A stretch of 63,835 nt of DNA, counting the filler, from Octopus bimaculoides (lineage: Eukaryota), in NCBI RefSeq assembly GCF_001194135.2. It is 7 parts of 7 records of this genome, joined end to end, with 100 filler letters (N's around TTAATTAATTAA, not from the genome) between each part and the next. Parts side by side here need not be neighbours in the genome. Positions count along the whole stretch, not along the records: positions 1 to 10,127 come from NC_068982.1; positions 10,228 to 18,622 come from NC_068981.1; 5 more parts are not named here. One strand, given 5' to 3'. The translations under genes and the position numbers were made by a program. Under the pieces are notes generated by a model that did no database searches, was not told the origin of the DNA, and saw only the letters and a list, made by a program, of their open reading frames with translations. Below, piece after piece: positions 1 through 12,659 of the stretch (the first letter of the stretch is position 1; each line of letters begins with the position of its first letter).

Positions 1-306
1 TACCGCCTGACTGGCTCTCGTAGGATTTTCGAGCGAGATCGTTGCCCGTGCCCCTGGACTGGCTTGTGCGGGTGGCACATAAAAGACACCATTTCGAGCG
101 TGGCCGTTTTCGTGCGGGTGACACGTAAAAGCACCCACTACACTCTCTGAGTGGTTGGCGTTAGGAAGGGCATCCAGCTGTAGAAACTCTGCCAAATTAG
201 CCTGGAGCCTGGTGTTGCCATCCGGTTTCACCAGTCCTCAGTCAAATCGTCCAACCCATGCTAGCATGGAAAGCGGACGTTAAACGATGATGATGATGAT
301 GATGAT
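1..306 (+). mobile_element. SINE family D 3' part with a (GAT)n tail
   Basis: ggcgttaggaagggcatccagc...ccaacccatgctagcatggaaagcggacgttaaac(gat)n; second copy at 52190-52345. Confidence 0.75.
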
Positions 307-1841
307 GAAGACTTGGGTTGACCCAAGGCTAAGGTAAAAGAGACTTGTCTGAGATATAATGCTGTGAAATTGAACCTGAGATTACTTTGTGATTGCAAAG
401 TAAGCTTTCTAATTAATTGGGCATGCTGCATCCTAAAAATGGTAGTACATATTGGTTTTAAATTTTGGCTGAAGGGCATCAATTTCAGTGGAGGAGTAAG
501 TTGATTACATTGAGCCCAGTGTTAAGCTGGTATTTATTTCATCGATCTTGAAAGGGTGAAGGGCAAAGTTGACCCTGGTGACATTAGAACTCAGAATATA
601 AAGTCGGAAGAAATACCATCAAACATTTTTTTTTTTTTTTTTGGTGTGGTTATGATTCTGCTAGCTTGCTACCTCAATGATAGTATATATTAGATAATGT
701 AGTTTTATATGCACTTCCTGAATTAAAGGATGGATGGTATAGCTGGAAAGCCTTTGGCCCATGGGTCAGCTTGATCAATTCTGACCTTGGGTTAAGTAAC
801 AGTAACTTAACAACAAACATATATCAAGAAATGATTTATTATGTCCAAACAAATACAAGTCTAATATTAAAAATGTAGTTCAGAGTTTTATACAATCAAT
901 AAGCCTTATATATGAATGATGATGTGTTATTAAGTAGAAGCAATACTTCTTGAAACCCAACACTAAGATGCAGGTTCAGTTTGTTTAAGTTGCATGTCTT
1001 TTGTAGAATAAAACTGATGAGCAAGGCATGGCAACCATATTAACTAGCCACTCACTTGTCGGAAAGCAATAGGACTGATCATCCAATGATGTGTATCTCT
1101 GATGATCAATGATTAAACAAACAATTCATTCATCTGAAGTCTGTCAAATGGAGAAATGTTTATTCATAGACTTAAAATGTAATTTCAATAATCCCTAATT
1201 AATTATAAATAGAAAACAAGTCCATGCATGGCAACAACATGCATGTGTGTGTGTGTGTGTGCGTATAAAATTGTGTACCATGGCACATCTAATAGAAAAG
1301 AGGTGGTCGTTGAAAGTATAGTTGTTATTGTCATAGTCATTGTTATCAGGTGATTTAGTTATGTTAGCTTCTGTTTTCCNNNNNNNNNNNNNNNNNNNNN
1401 NNNNNNNNNNNNNNNNNNNNNNNNNNNNNNNNNNNNNNNNNNNNNNNNNNNNNNNNNNNNNNNNNNNNNNNNNNNNNNNNNNNNNNNNNNNNNNNNNNNN
1501 NNNNNNNNNNNNNNNNNNNNNNNNNNNNNNNNNNNNNNNNNNNNNNNNNNNNNNNNNNNNNNNNNNNNNNNNNNNNNNNNNNNNNNNNNNNNNNNNNNNN
1601 NNNNNNNNNNNNNNNNNNNNNNNNNNNNNNNNNNNNNNNNNNNNNNNNNNNNNNNNNNNNNNNNNNNNNNNNNNNNNNNNNNNNNNNNNNNNNNNNNNNN
1701 NNNNNNNNNNNNNNNNNNNNNNNNNNNNNNNNNNNNNNNNNNNNNNNNNNNNNNNNNNNNNNNNNNNNNNNNNNNNNNNNNNNNNNNNNNNNNNNNNNNN
1801 NNNNNNNNNNNNNNNNNNNNNNNNNNNNNNNNNNNNNNNNC

Positions 1842-1959
1842 CATGGCACATCTAATAGAAAAGAGGTGGTCGTTGAAAGTATAGTTGTTATTGTCATAGT
1901 CATTGTTATCAGGTGATTTAGTTATGTTAGCTTCTGTTTTCCATAAGAAATTCCAGCAG
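1842..1959 (-). CDS. Weak exon candidate
   Basis: gatttctcag| open frame CWNFLWKTEANITKSPDNNDYDNNNYTFNDHLFSIRCAM. The weak donor gtacac is visible only in the duplicate copy at 1273-1279. Confidence 0.2.
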
Positions 1960-2579
1960 CTGAGAAATCACACAATACATAGAATAAATCTCATAGTTAT
2001 GATTATTGTTGTTGTTTCTAGAAAGATGATGGTCATCAGGTCAAGGATGCTAGAATGTAATACAACAGTGGTTAGAAATATATATTCAGAATGTTGCTAA
2101 TAAAGAATTACACTGTCTTTATGTATTTCTCATTTTCTGAAATTGGTCTCATACATGTCATTTATTTTATGAAGCCATGAAAATCTTTACAATTTTCAAG
2201 ACATAATTGCTTAAAATGTCAAAAAACACCTTGATTTGTGTTCATATGTTTAAGTATCACACAAATAGTGAACTTACTTGGGATAACTGTGTCATTCACA
2301 GATAATGTAGATTTCTAACTTAGGCACAAGTTAACCAATTTTGGAGAAGAAAACAATCAGTTATATTCAATGTTTGGTTGGATTTTATTTGATCCACCCT
2401 GGAATGAAGGAAAGTAAAGCTGACCTCAGCAATATTTGAACTTAAAATGTAAGGGTATGTGGCTAAACACTTGGTTTGCTGTTTTACTAACTCCATCACC
2501 CTGATGCAAGGTGAATGCAAAGTGTGTACTTCAGTAGAAACTGGATTTGAAGGAGGTGTCTGTCAGTAAAATAAAAACA

Positions 2580-2902
2580 GGCACTCTGTTGGTTATGACA
2601 ATGAGGGTTCCTGTTGATCTGACCAACAGAAGAGCCTGCTCATAAAATTAGTGTGCAAGTGGTTGAGCATTCCACAGACACATGTAATCTTTTATGTAGT
2701 TTCCAGGAGATTTAGCATGACACAGAATGTGACAAGGCTGGACCTTTGAATTGCAGGTACAACTCATTTTTGCCAGCTGAGTGGATTGGAGCAACATGGA
2801 ATAAGGTGTTTTGCTCAAGGACACAAAGCGCTGCCAGGAATCAAACTTACAACTTTGTGATCATGAGCTGAATACCCTATCCACTAAGCCATGTGCCTTC
2901 AC
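2580..2902 (-). mobile_element. SINE family A variant (shared 3' half, different middle)
   Basis: tRNA-like head at 2820-2902; 3' half matches family A. Confidence 0.8.
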
Positions 2903-3012
2903 TCTCTGACAGTAGCAATTTTGAGTTCGCCATATAGATGTGTGGTTTAGTGGTTTCTTCAACCATACAATTCTTCATTTTTATAGGGTTTCTTTCAAAA
3001 GGACTGGGAGTA

Positions 3013-3048
<36 letters not shown>

Positions 3049-3299
3049 TACTACTATATTATCTACCATTTGCAAGGTAAATCAGTTTCATCATAGCTGA
3101 ACAACTGTTACATTTCTAAATAGAATAACACACACACAAAAACAAAGAAGATAAAAAAGACCAGTTGATGTAAAAATCCCTCATCTGCACAATTTATTAT
3201 AGTTTATAAGTTAGACAGCCTTTATTGGTCAAATCTATGGTCAGAGGCTTTCCAGCTATGAACATCCAATTTTGTTTTAGACATATTGTATCAAAGATT

Positions 3300-3689
3300 G
3301 TTGTTGTTGTTGGCACTCTGTCACTTACAACGTCGAGGGTTCCAGTTGATCCGATCAACGGAATAGCCTGCTCGTGAAATTAACGTGCAAGTGGCTGAGC
3401 ACTCCACAGACATGTGTACCCTTAACGTAGTTCTCGGGGATATTCAGCGTGACACAGTGTGACAAGGCTGACCCTTTGAATTACAGGCACAACAGAAACA
3501 GGAAGTAAGAGTGAGGGAAAGTTGTGGTGAAAGAGTACAGCAGGGTTCACCACCATCCCCTGCCAGAGCCTCGTGGAGCTTTAGGTGTTTTCTCTCAATA
3601 AACACTCACAACGCCAGGTCTGGGAATTGAAACTGTGATCCTATGACCGTGAGTCCGCTGCCCTAACCACTGGGCCATTGCGCCTCCAC
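3300..3689 (-). mobile_element. SINE family A (tRNA-derived, octopus OR-like), full length
   Basis: Head GGAGGCGCAATGGCCCAGTGGTTAGG with A/B-box-like motifs; (CAA)n tail; 11-bp TSD TATCAAAGATT. Confidence 0.9.
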
Positions 3690-4762
3690 TATCAAAGATT
3701 ACACTAGTCTTTTTAAGATGGTCGGATGTATTTTGAGAGAAATTTGGGAGCTATTTCAAGCAGTTAAAATGACCATGTACAGGCTGACTTATTGTCCTAT
3801 CTTACAGAAGTCACTATTTGAGAGGCAATGAAACAGTATGTATGCTTCAATTGCTTTTCAAAATTTTACTGTGCTTCATTGGTTTTGTGAATAATCTACA
3901 TTTGGAGATTCTTTATAAAAGTCAGGTTTTAAGAACCCTTAATCATTGAGATGTAGATTCATGCTGCTTGGTGCCAGAAGGCAGCAGAATCAGGATAATC
4001 TCTTGCCAACAACTGTTCTTGAGAATGTTCACCCATGCAATTTTGGCTGTATATTATCAATATATGTATATGAATATATATATATTCTTTTACTTTTATT
4101 TCCTTTACTGGTTTCAGTTATCGCACTGTGGTTATGCTGAGGCACTGTCTTCAATTGTTAATCAATCATAACATACCATGCGGTTACTTTATCTCTATTT
4201 ATTGAAATTTTGCTTTCCAGAACATAATATGACACATTGGCAATATAAATACAGGCATACATACAAAAATGGCAGCTGTGTGTGCGTGTGTATGCGTGTG
4301 TGTATATGTATGTATATATATATATATGTACACACACACACACACATGTATATATATATATATATATATATATAGTTGTATTTGGGGATGGTCATGTTGC
4401 CAGTTTAGCCAATATATATATATGTGTCTGTGTGTGTGTGTGTGTGTGCGCGTGTGTGTGTATATACATACAGTAACATTCCATTAATCTGGCCACCGGT
4501 AACCAGATTGTTCCTGCACTGCTTTACACTTTATCAATTCTACATTTTCCCTAAGCGCCATCACTCCATCATTGTTTACACTCAAGTTAAAACAAACAAA
4601 TAAAAACATTAGCCAGCGACCAATCTATTATCTTAATCTACTGTATCATACATCCATTAAAGCACGGCAGAGAGTACCGGTGTCAAGTGTCCGATACATT
4701 GGGAATAAGATGATTGTGAACTAAGATTTTATGTTCATAAGGAAAAGAAGTTTTGAAGGTTC

Positions 4763-5146
4763 GTTGTTGGCACTCCGTCGCTTACGACGTCGAGGGTTCC
4801 AGTTGATCCGATCAACGGAACAGCCTGCTCGTGAAATTAACGTGTAAGTGGCTGAGCACTCCACAGACACGTGTACCTTTAACGTAGTTCTCAGGGATAT
4901 TCAGCGTGACACAGTGTGACAAGGCTGACTCTTTGAATTACAGGCACAACAGAAACAGGAAGTAAGAGTGAGAGAAAGTTGTGGTGAAAGAGTACAGCAG
5001 GGTTCGCCACCATCCCCTGCCTGAGCCTCGTGGAGCTTTAGGTGTTTTCGCTCAATAAACACTCACAACGCCCGGTCTGGGAATCGAAACCGCGATCCTA
5101 TGACCGCGAGTCCACTGCCCTAACCACTGGACCATTGCACCTCCAC
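4763..5146 (-). mobile_element. SINE family A, full length
   Basis: Highly similar to 3300-3689; TSD TT(T/C)GAAGGTTC. Confidence 0.9.
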
Positions 5147-6145
5147 TTCGAAGGTTCAGAAGGGAATGAAAAAGAACTGAAGAGGTTTAAAAGCCATTGT
5201 TGACATAGACTGGAAGGCAGCGACCAGCGAGTTCAAAAACTGGTTGAACAACTTCAATATTCACACACACACATTACGCATACAATTATACATATACATC
5301 TGCGGACGACCTCATCACTAACATGGTTTTTTTTTTCTTTGTGCTTTCATGCTTTCATAGTTTTCTCCACTACAGAATTTCGCCACTGGTTACGATGACA
5401 TGTCATCTCTTCATGGAGCTTTGTCATCTGAGTTATCTTTTACCACAATCTTCCTCTTCAACAAGTTCTTTCCAGTTAGACAGCTTAAGACGTCTTCACC
5501 CATCTGACATCCTTCATATGTATCACATGTTCGTAACAACAAAGTCTTCTGTCTTTCACTTTATGAGATCATTCCATTCTGATTTTTTCCCCCTTCACTT
5601 CATTTATACTCCGTCATTCATGCACGCTTCCATTACACATCCTATGAAACATGATCGCTCCGTTTTATTCCAGCCTTCGCACGTCCTCAGCATTCATTGC
5701 AATGTAATATTGAACTTCTAAAATGTGCACCATACAATCTATAGGAGAGAGATACAAAGATAGATAGAGAGAGAGAGAGGGGGAGCAGGGCAAAGTACGA
5801 GGGAAAGAGAGAGGAGGAAGAAGGGAAGGAGGGGAAGTCCTCTTGCTGCCAGCAAAGGTAATAAATTTCAGAACTTTTTCCACATCGTTCTTACTCCAGC
5901 TGCTATATATTTTACGTTGGTTATACAGTATAGAATTTTTGCCTACGGTCTGCGTATCTAGTATGAACCCTTTCCAGGTGGCCTCCGAATTTTGTATTAT
6001 TTCTTGCTAGCTAGGTCTTTTGTTTTTATTGGTTTATTTTTAGACCTCTTGATTCTAGACTCTGCTTCCATGTTTGTAACTTTTATCCTAATTTGTTAAT
6101 TGAGTTCGCTATGAGAACTAGATTGTCACTATATTGAAGTTCCAT

Positions 6146-6363
6146 AAGGCGGTGAACTGGTAGAATCGTTACTGTGCCGGGAAAAATGCTTAGCGGCATT
6201 TCGTCCGTCTTTACGTTCTGAGTTCAAATTCTGTCGAGGTTGACTTTGCTTTTCATCCTTTCGGGGTCGATGAAATAACTACCAGTTAAGCACTGGGGTC
6301 AATGTGATCGACTAGCACCCCCAACTCCCAAAATTCAAGCCTCGTGTCTATAGTAGAAAGGAT
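6146..6363 (+). mobile_element. SINE family B, full length
   Basis: Head AAGGCGG..CTGG.AGAA.CGTTA, B-box-like GAGTTCAAATTC; 13-bp TSD TATATTGAAGTTC. Confidence 0.9.
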
Positions 6364-6469
6364 TATATTGAAGTTCTATCAGACAGCCAATCTTGAACTC
6401 CTCTCTTTTGGCTAGAACTGAAATAAAATGAGTGGGTTGAAAACTATGCAGACAGATACCTATCTTTAC

Positions 6470-7400
6470 TAGATATACAACGCCACTTAGTTGACGTTAG
6501 TATCCCTGAACATGATTTGCATAGTTCTCACAAACCATTCATCTAAAATTAGTTTAATTAGCGACTACCATAATACAGAGCGTGGAACTCTGTCAAAGGT
6601 CTTTTATGGAGTCAACGAATGCTTTTTATACTGGCTTGTTCATTACATCTCCCATAAGCTAATTCTATTCCTCACGTTGTCCATCGATTATAACACCACT
6701 GGAGTCGCTTCTTCTAGAGTGTATCTTTTGCTCTTGATTTAGTTATCGGTGGTACTGCTGCACTAGTCACTGGGAATGACACATTACTGTAATACCTGAT
6801 CCAGTCTGTAACATCTCGGTGACTATCTCTGATGGTTCAGCAGCTTTCCATGCCTTCAAATCTTTAATAGCTCTTTTAACCGTATAGCTGTAAACAGTGA
6901 TTGATGCGATGTAAGGCGCACCCCAATCTCAGCAGCGCATATATAGGAAAAATAATTTTCAGTGCGCTAAAACTTGTGGGAGACCTAACTTTGCATATTT
7001 GAACTGGAATAATTTGGGGGATAGGCTTTTTAAAAAAAATATGTCTTATATGACAGTTTCCCCAAAGTTTAAAGTCCACGTGGAGTAGTTCAGCCTTCTC
7101 GCACTCAGTCTTTTCATCCAACAACCTTTTTATAGTCGCACTTCCATGCCTCTTTCTGCTTGATGGGTCAGTGAGCGCGAGTACAATGCCGCCATTTCAT
7201 GCACAGTTTTTGTCCAACGACCTTACGATTCACACTGCTCCTTACACCAATAATCCTATCGCTAGAAAACCCCAGTAGGCTTATTATTTTCTACTTTTCT
7301 CCAAGAGAAGTATACACGATACCTACCTACTCTTCTAGTTACCTGAAACAGTTCCTCACTGTGCCTGTTCTTCTGCTCACACAGACACAAACAGGCAAAA
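6470..7400 (-). mobile_element. Decayed, internally deleted RTE-clade LINE
   Basis: Broken frames give SSDRII (endonuclease), AIKDLKAWKAAEPSEIVTEML and TFDRVPRSVLW*SL (RT). Confidence 0.75.
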
Positions 7401-7414
7401 TTAATAATGGTTTC

Positions 7415-7617
7415 AAATTTAGGCACAAGGCTAGCAGGTTTGAGGAAGGGGTTAAGTAAATTAAATCGACTCCAATGTTCAACTGGTACCTATTTTATCG
7501 ACCCCAAGATGAAAGACAATGTCGATCTCAGTGGAATTTGAACTCAGAACGTGAAGACGAACGAAATGCCGCTAAGCATTTTGCCCGGCGTGTTAACGAT
7601 TCTGCCAGGCTAACGTA
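7415..7617 (-). mobile_element. SINE family B
   Basis: Reverse-complement match to 6146-6363. Confidence 0.85.
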
Positions 7618-8299
7618 CAAAATTGCTAATGTTTTTTTCATAACTATAATAACAAAAATTGGTTGTATACAATTTTCGCATTTGCCGATAGAACCGTCCT
7701 CGCCAACACAACCCAAACCAAAACAAAACACAAACTAGGTATCGATAGATCTGGCTAGTGAAATAATGTAATTCTACCATGTGTTTCGATTGGTCTAAAA
7801 CAGCTTGCAATCATAGAGAGTTCCTAACATGAAAACTCAAAACCGATTTCGTGTTAAATTCAAAGTTCGCTATTTAAATCCAGTGTCTTTTAGAAATAAC
7901 ACACTAATTAGTGTTTGAATGGAAAAAACAAAATGAAACTTCTTAAAAGACAAATTAGCAACAATTCCTAAAATATAGATCACAGAATAAAAATTGCTTT
8001 TAGTGTGAACCCGTGTATGCGTGTGCGCTGGAAAACAAATCTTTCTATGAAAAAATCAACACGTGCCGGAGAGAATGTGCTAATTTGAGAGATCAAAATA
8101 TCGTGAATTTCTGTTAATTTTCTTTTTGACTCTGGTCTGTTCGGTATTCAGCAATCAGGTTTTATTGCAAAAGTGAGGCCCCTGCAAGTTTTTCGTGGAA
8201 CAACAAGCATTTCAAAGTAAACAATTTGGTTGGTTAAAAAAAACCCCAATAAAACTGTCGTATCATTTTTTCAATTCTATCCAAATAATCGGGACATTA

Positions 8300-8350
8300 T
8301 GACAAAGGAATTCCTTTTGGCGCCAAAATCTAGGCTAGTGACAATTGGCT
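8300..8350 (-). promoter_or_regulatory. Possible promoter: E2F-type palindrome plus CCAAT box
   Basis: TTTTGGCGCCAAAA at 8315-8328; CCAAT on the minus strand at 8344-8348; located in repeat-poor sequence. Confidence 0.3.
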
Positions 8351-9279
8351 GATGGGGAGACGTGACACTTAAGATTTGTGATAATGGCGACTGACGGCAA
8401 CACAGTATCATGTATCTTGCATGTATGTATGTGTGTGTAGTAGTAGCTTCTACTTCACACACACAAACACACACACACTGATACAAACATTTCCTATTTC
8501 GGCACACACTGATTATTGTATAAAATATGATGTTCGAAGTAATAGTGCTTTAATTCTGGTATAACACTAGAAAACTAGTGAAGCAGTGGTAGTGACAAAA
8601 GTGTTGTGTTGTTGGCTAAAGTGGTAGCAGTATGTATTTAACCTCTTATGATTTTTGATGGATTTTCAATGACTCCTGAAGTGGATGGCACCAAACAGTG
8701 TAGTAGTAGATAAGAAGACAATATATACTTCTAGCAACAGTTTAATTATCATAAGGGAGCATAAATTTACCACTGTTGTACTGTTATAGTTATGTTGCTA
8801 TTGTTTCGCCCCGGGTCAGATGTGATCGACTAGGTTCATAAGCAATGTGTCCTTTAAGCGGTGAACTTGTGCACGCATAGACATGTTTTACAACTAGCGC
8901 ACAAAGGCAAATAAATGTGCGCGTAGGCTTCCAAGATAAAACCATCTTTGTTTTTAATTAAAGAGATTACGAACCTGTTATGACTAAACAGTTAAGATGT
9001 TCACTTTTCCGTCGTGAAGTCTAAGGTTCGATCCATAAGTTTTGAATGAAATTAGGTTGAGGGAAACGGCGCAGAAGGCCAACAGATAGATTGTGTCTGT
9101 AATTTAAATGCCAGTCCTTGTTACACTGTTGTCGTTGATTTTGTCTGTGGAATACTCAGCCATTTATGTGTATGCATTTACACATACATACACACATATA
9201 TATTATGTATACAGGTATATGTGTGTGTATGTATATTTGTGTGTGCATATATATGTATGTATGTATGCATAGATACAAG

Positions 9280-9311
<32 letters not shown>

Positions 9312-9389
9312 TATGTATATAAATATAAATATATATATTTGTTTTGCAAGATTTATGATATGACCATCCCCAAGTACAACAACATATAA

Positions 9390-9433
<44 letters not shown>

Positions 9434-10008
9434 GTGGAGTTTTTTTTAATTTTAGCTCCGAGGAAGTTGTTGTGAGGGCGGTTTCCTCTGTTTTCAGTCG
9501 ATCAATCGAGTGATTGATAAAATTGAACCATGAACGTACCCAAAATAATACCTGAAACAGCTGTAAGCCTATAATGAATGAAAGAATAAATAAATGTGTA
9601 TAACCCATTATTTATGTGTATTTATGTATCATTCTGTAAAAACAAACCGTCTTAACTGTGTAATGCAACCGTGGGTTAACAAATTTGACTTGTGATGGAC
9701 TTCGATATCGGCTTCCAACTTCGGATTACCTGGTGTACAATACCAGTTACAAGACTTTTTTGTTACTCTAGTGTATTTGTATCTGCAGAAAACTTAATAA
9801 AGTATTTCGCTTAGCTTAATATTTTTATTAACCCCTCTTTGTTTTGGTATTTACACACACGCGCCGGCGCACACACACATACAAACACAAACACATCACT
9901 GTAGCGACCAGACTATCGTATATTGTTATACACCCCTGGTCATAATGCGTTTTCTCGCATTGTTTTAGCTTTCGAATGATGCCGTCCTGCTGGCCAGGCG
10001 CGCAGGTC

Positions 10009-10051
<43 letters not shown>

Positions 10052-10227
10052 CGCACATACATGCTGCACACACATAAGTTAGTCAGAAGAACTGAAAGAA
10101 TTATTTCATAGTTTATTTATATTCAGGNNNNNNNNNNNNNNNNNNNNNNNNNNNNNNNNNNNNNNNNNNNNTTAATTAATTAANNNNNNNNNNNNNNNNN
10201 NNNNNNNNNNNNNNNNNNNNNNNNNNN

Positions 10228-10420
10228 TTAGTTTCCCTTGCTTCTGGAGTAGGTATTTTTGCAGTCCTATGGTGGTTATTTTATAATAGTTTTCTAGCTG
10301 TATAAGACCCCTACCACTTTCTGTGCGTTGTATATATAGCCTTTCTATGTCAGATTTTGGGTGGTGCATCCTATATCCTGTCATTATTTTTCTTGTTTTC
10401 CTGTCTATTTTACATAGTTC
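10228..10420 (-). mobile_element. R4/Dong-like non-LTR retrotransposon RT C-terminal fragment
   Basis: LCKIDRKTRKIMTGYRMHHPKSDIERLYIQRTESGRGLIQLE. Confidence 0.75.
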
Positions 10421-10434
10421 GTTTATTATTATTA

Positions 10435-10486
<52 letters not shown>

Positions 10487-10847
10487 GTCTCTAAGGCCAT
10501 ATTTTGTTTATCTATTTCGTTTTCTTTTTTCTTTCTTCTTTTTTGCTTTCTTTTCTCCTTGACTGTCCGTCTTGCTTTGTTATGTTTTGCTGGTTGCCTC
10601 CTGAATGGATGCAATATTATCGATAATGGTACGAAATAGCGCTCGACACTTTGGCCGATAACTAATGAGGAACTGTTGACCTTCTGTGTTTGTTCTCCAG
10701 TCGTCTGCGCATTCAGTGCACTTAGTATGTGTTTTTCCGTCCGTTTGTTTATTATTATACGTGTTTGACTTCTGACAATATCATTCACGTAACACTCTCC
10801 TTATTTTTTACCTATATATACTTGCATTAAGCAGATGCCAGAAAGTA

Positions 10848-10936
10848 ACTTAAAGGCCAAGTGTTTCGAGTGTTGGCACTTATTTGTGTGAACTAGTTTG
10901 ATAAGTGCCAACGCTCGAACCTCTTCGCTCTTGAGT
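10848..10936 (+). ncRNA. Candidate microRNA precursor hairpin
   Basis: 10865-10884 pairs with 10900-10919 (20 bp including G-U), closing a 15-nt loop that starts UGUG. An in-register, bulge-free lower stem extends to 10848/10936 with 5 mismatches. Confidence 0.5.
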
Positions 10937-11479
10937 CAATCTGTTGCTTCTGCTAAATATTATTAAAAATATACATATACTCATGTTTTTAGCTCTATTT
11001 TTCAACATATCTATTTATATATACACACGTGTGTGTGTATTATGTATATATATATATATTTCTGACACGACTCTATCTTCGTATCTTTCTCCCCCTCTCG
11101 TTCTTCCTTCTGTTGTTCTTCGCCTCTCCCCTTCACTACTATCTCACTCTCTCTCTCTTTTCCTCCCTGTTTCTCGTTTCTCACCTATATTCTACTTCCT
11201 TTTTTCCCTTTTATTCTCTCTCTACCACTCTTTCTCCTTACCCCTTGCTGGTCACATGTGTCCGGCTCCTGCTTCCTTTCTTATGTTGGCCACTGCCAAT
11301 CTAGCACGAACTTCTCTCTTCCTTTGAGTTCGTCACATCACAGCGTTCTGTATACATATATATATTTTCACGTCTGGCCCTATTAGCCCTTCATGTTATT
11401 TTCCCTGTTTCGTTTTCCAGTCTTGTTTTCTGTTCGCCACGATATTCCTCCGCTTTACAAATTTAATTTGTTTCCGCGG

Positions 11480-11720
11480 GAAGAGCCATTCTAACAATGC
11501 GTCTTGCCCTAGCTCTTCGAAACGCTTAGTATTAGAATGGTGGCAGCTGATGAAGGAAATGTTCTCCATGTGGCCTGTGTGCTTTCTGTGGTCTGTTTAT
11601 GTTCTGTTTTTCATTTTGTCCACGTTTTTTTTGTGACGTCCTGTACCCAGATATGCATGTATATATACATGTAGATGTAGGTATGTACATACATGTACGT
11701 ATATATGCATATACTCACAT
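11480..11720 (+). repeat. Dispersed repeat carrying split hammerhead-like boxes (probable Penelope pLTR remnant)
   Basis: TCTTCGAAACG...TTAGAAT...CAGCTGATGAAGG...TCCTGTACCCAGATATGCA; copies at 27430-27640 and 52728-52930. Confidence 0.55.
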
Positions 11721-11766
11721 ATCTTTTGAATTATATATATATATATATATATATAAGCACCACTAT

Positions 11767-11799
<33 letters not shown>

Positions 11800-12530
11800 C
11801 CTCTCTCTCATTCACTCTCTCTCTCTCTCTTTCATTTGCGTTTATCAGCAGTATCCTATAATCGCCAAACCTGACAGAATCTGTTGTTGTTAACAGGATG
11901 GAGATATTTGACCTCGACTAAAACTCTGACCCGGTCTTAGCATAAACTCTCTTAGAATCTGAACATCACTCTCTTTTACTCCTTCTTTGTTTCTCCCTTT
12001 CACTCCTACTCCTCTCCCGCCTTGACCACCCACCCCACCACACCACATCTGCAGCGCTTTCGGCGTCATCCCTTCTCACACTCACGTGAATTTTCCATGT
12101 TGAATTGTTTACGCTCGCTCCCCAACAAAATCTCAATTCAGATATCATTTCCTCGTATCTTATTTTACCCTACCTGAACGACGATGTTTCTTTCTTACTT
12201 CATCTATGTTTATTTTCTATTCATAATTACCTTCTGGTAACTTTGTAAATCTACAACTTACCATTATTGTTACAGAAAAACTAATTAACATCAGTAGCTT
12301 TTATATTTCCAATAAGAACGCCGCAACAGGCTAATTAATTGCACCAGGATTTAAAATAGGGGTCGATGTAGGAACTAGTATTACAAATTATCCATATCTG
12401 TGTATTCCTCTCCTTTAGTAAAAGCTATGAAAATGACTATAGCTTATATATGCGCGCGTATATGTGTGTACGTTTGTGTATGTGTGAGTATGTGTGTGTA
12501 TGTGTATGTGTGTCTCTGTGTGTGTGTGTG

Positions 12531-12584
<54 letters not shown>

Positions 12585-12659
12585 NNNNNNNNNNNNNNNN
12601 NNNNNNNNNNNNNNNNNNNNNNNNNNNNNNNNNNNNNNNNNNTTATTATTACCTTTAAT

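Noticed and set aside
1278-1941. Exact ~100-bp direct repeat flanking a gap (1278-1379 = 1841-1942); similar cases at 24199/24235 and ~53600/54655
   Set aside because: Identical contig ends on both sides of an N-gap indicate unmerged overlaps.
3620-3689. tRNA-like sequences (also 54821-54895 and 15690-15770)
   Set aside because: They are SINE heads without a complete cloverleaf, not tRNA genes.
3950-4050. Non-repetitive stretch open in several frames
   Set aside because: No convincing splice-site pair or recognisable protein motif.
10172-10183. TTAATTAATTAA islands inside N-runs (also ~18667, ~44394, ~52989, ~60250, ~62755)
   Set aside because: An identical 12-mer with stops in all six frames, always padded by Ns: an artificial scaffold-joining spacer, not biology.
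10483-10788. 101-aa minus-strand ORF
   Set aside because: Low-complexity, repeat-like sequence with no conserved catalytic motif.
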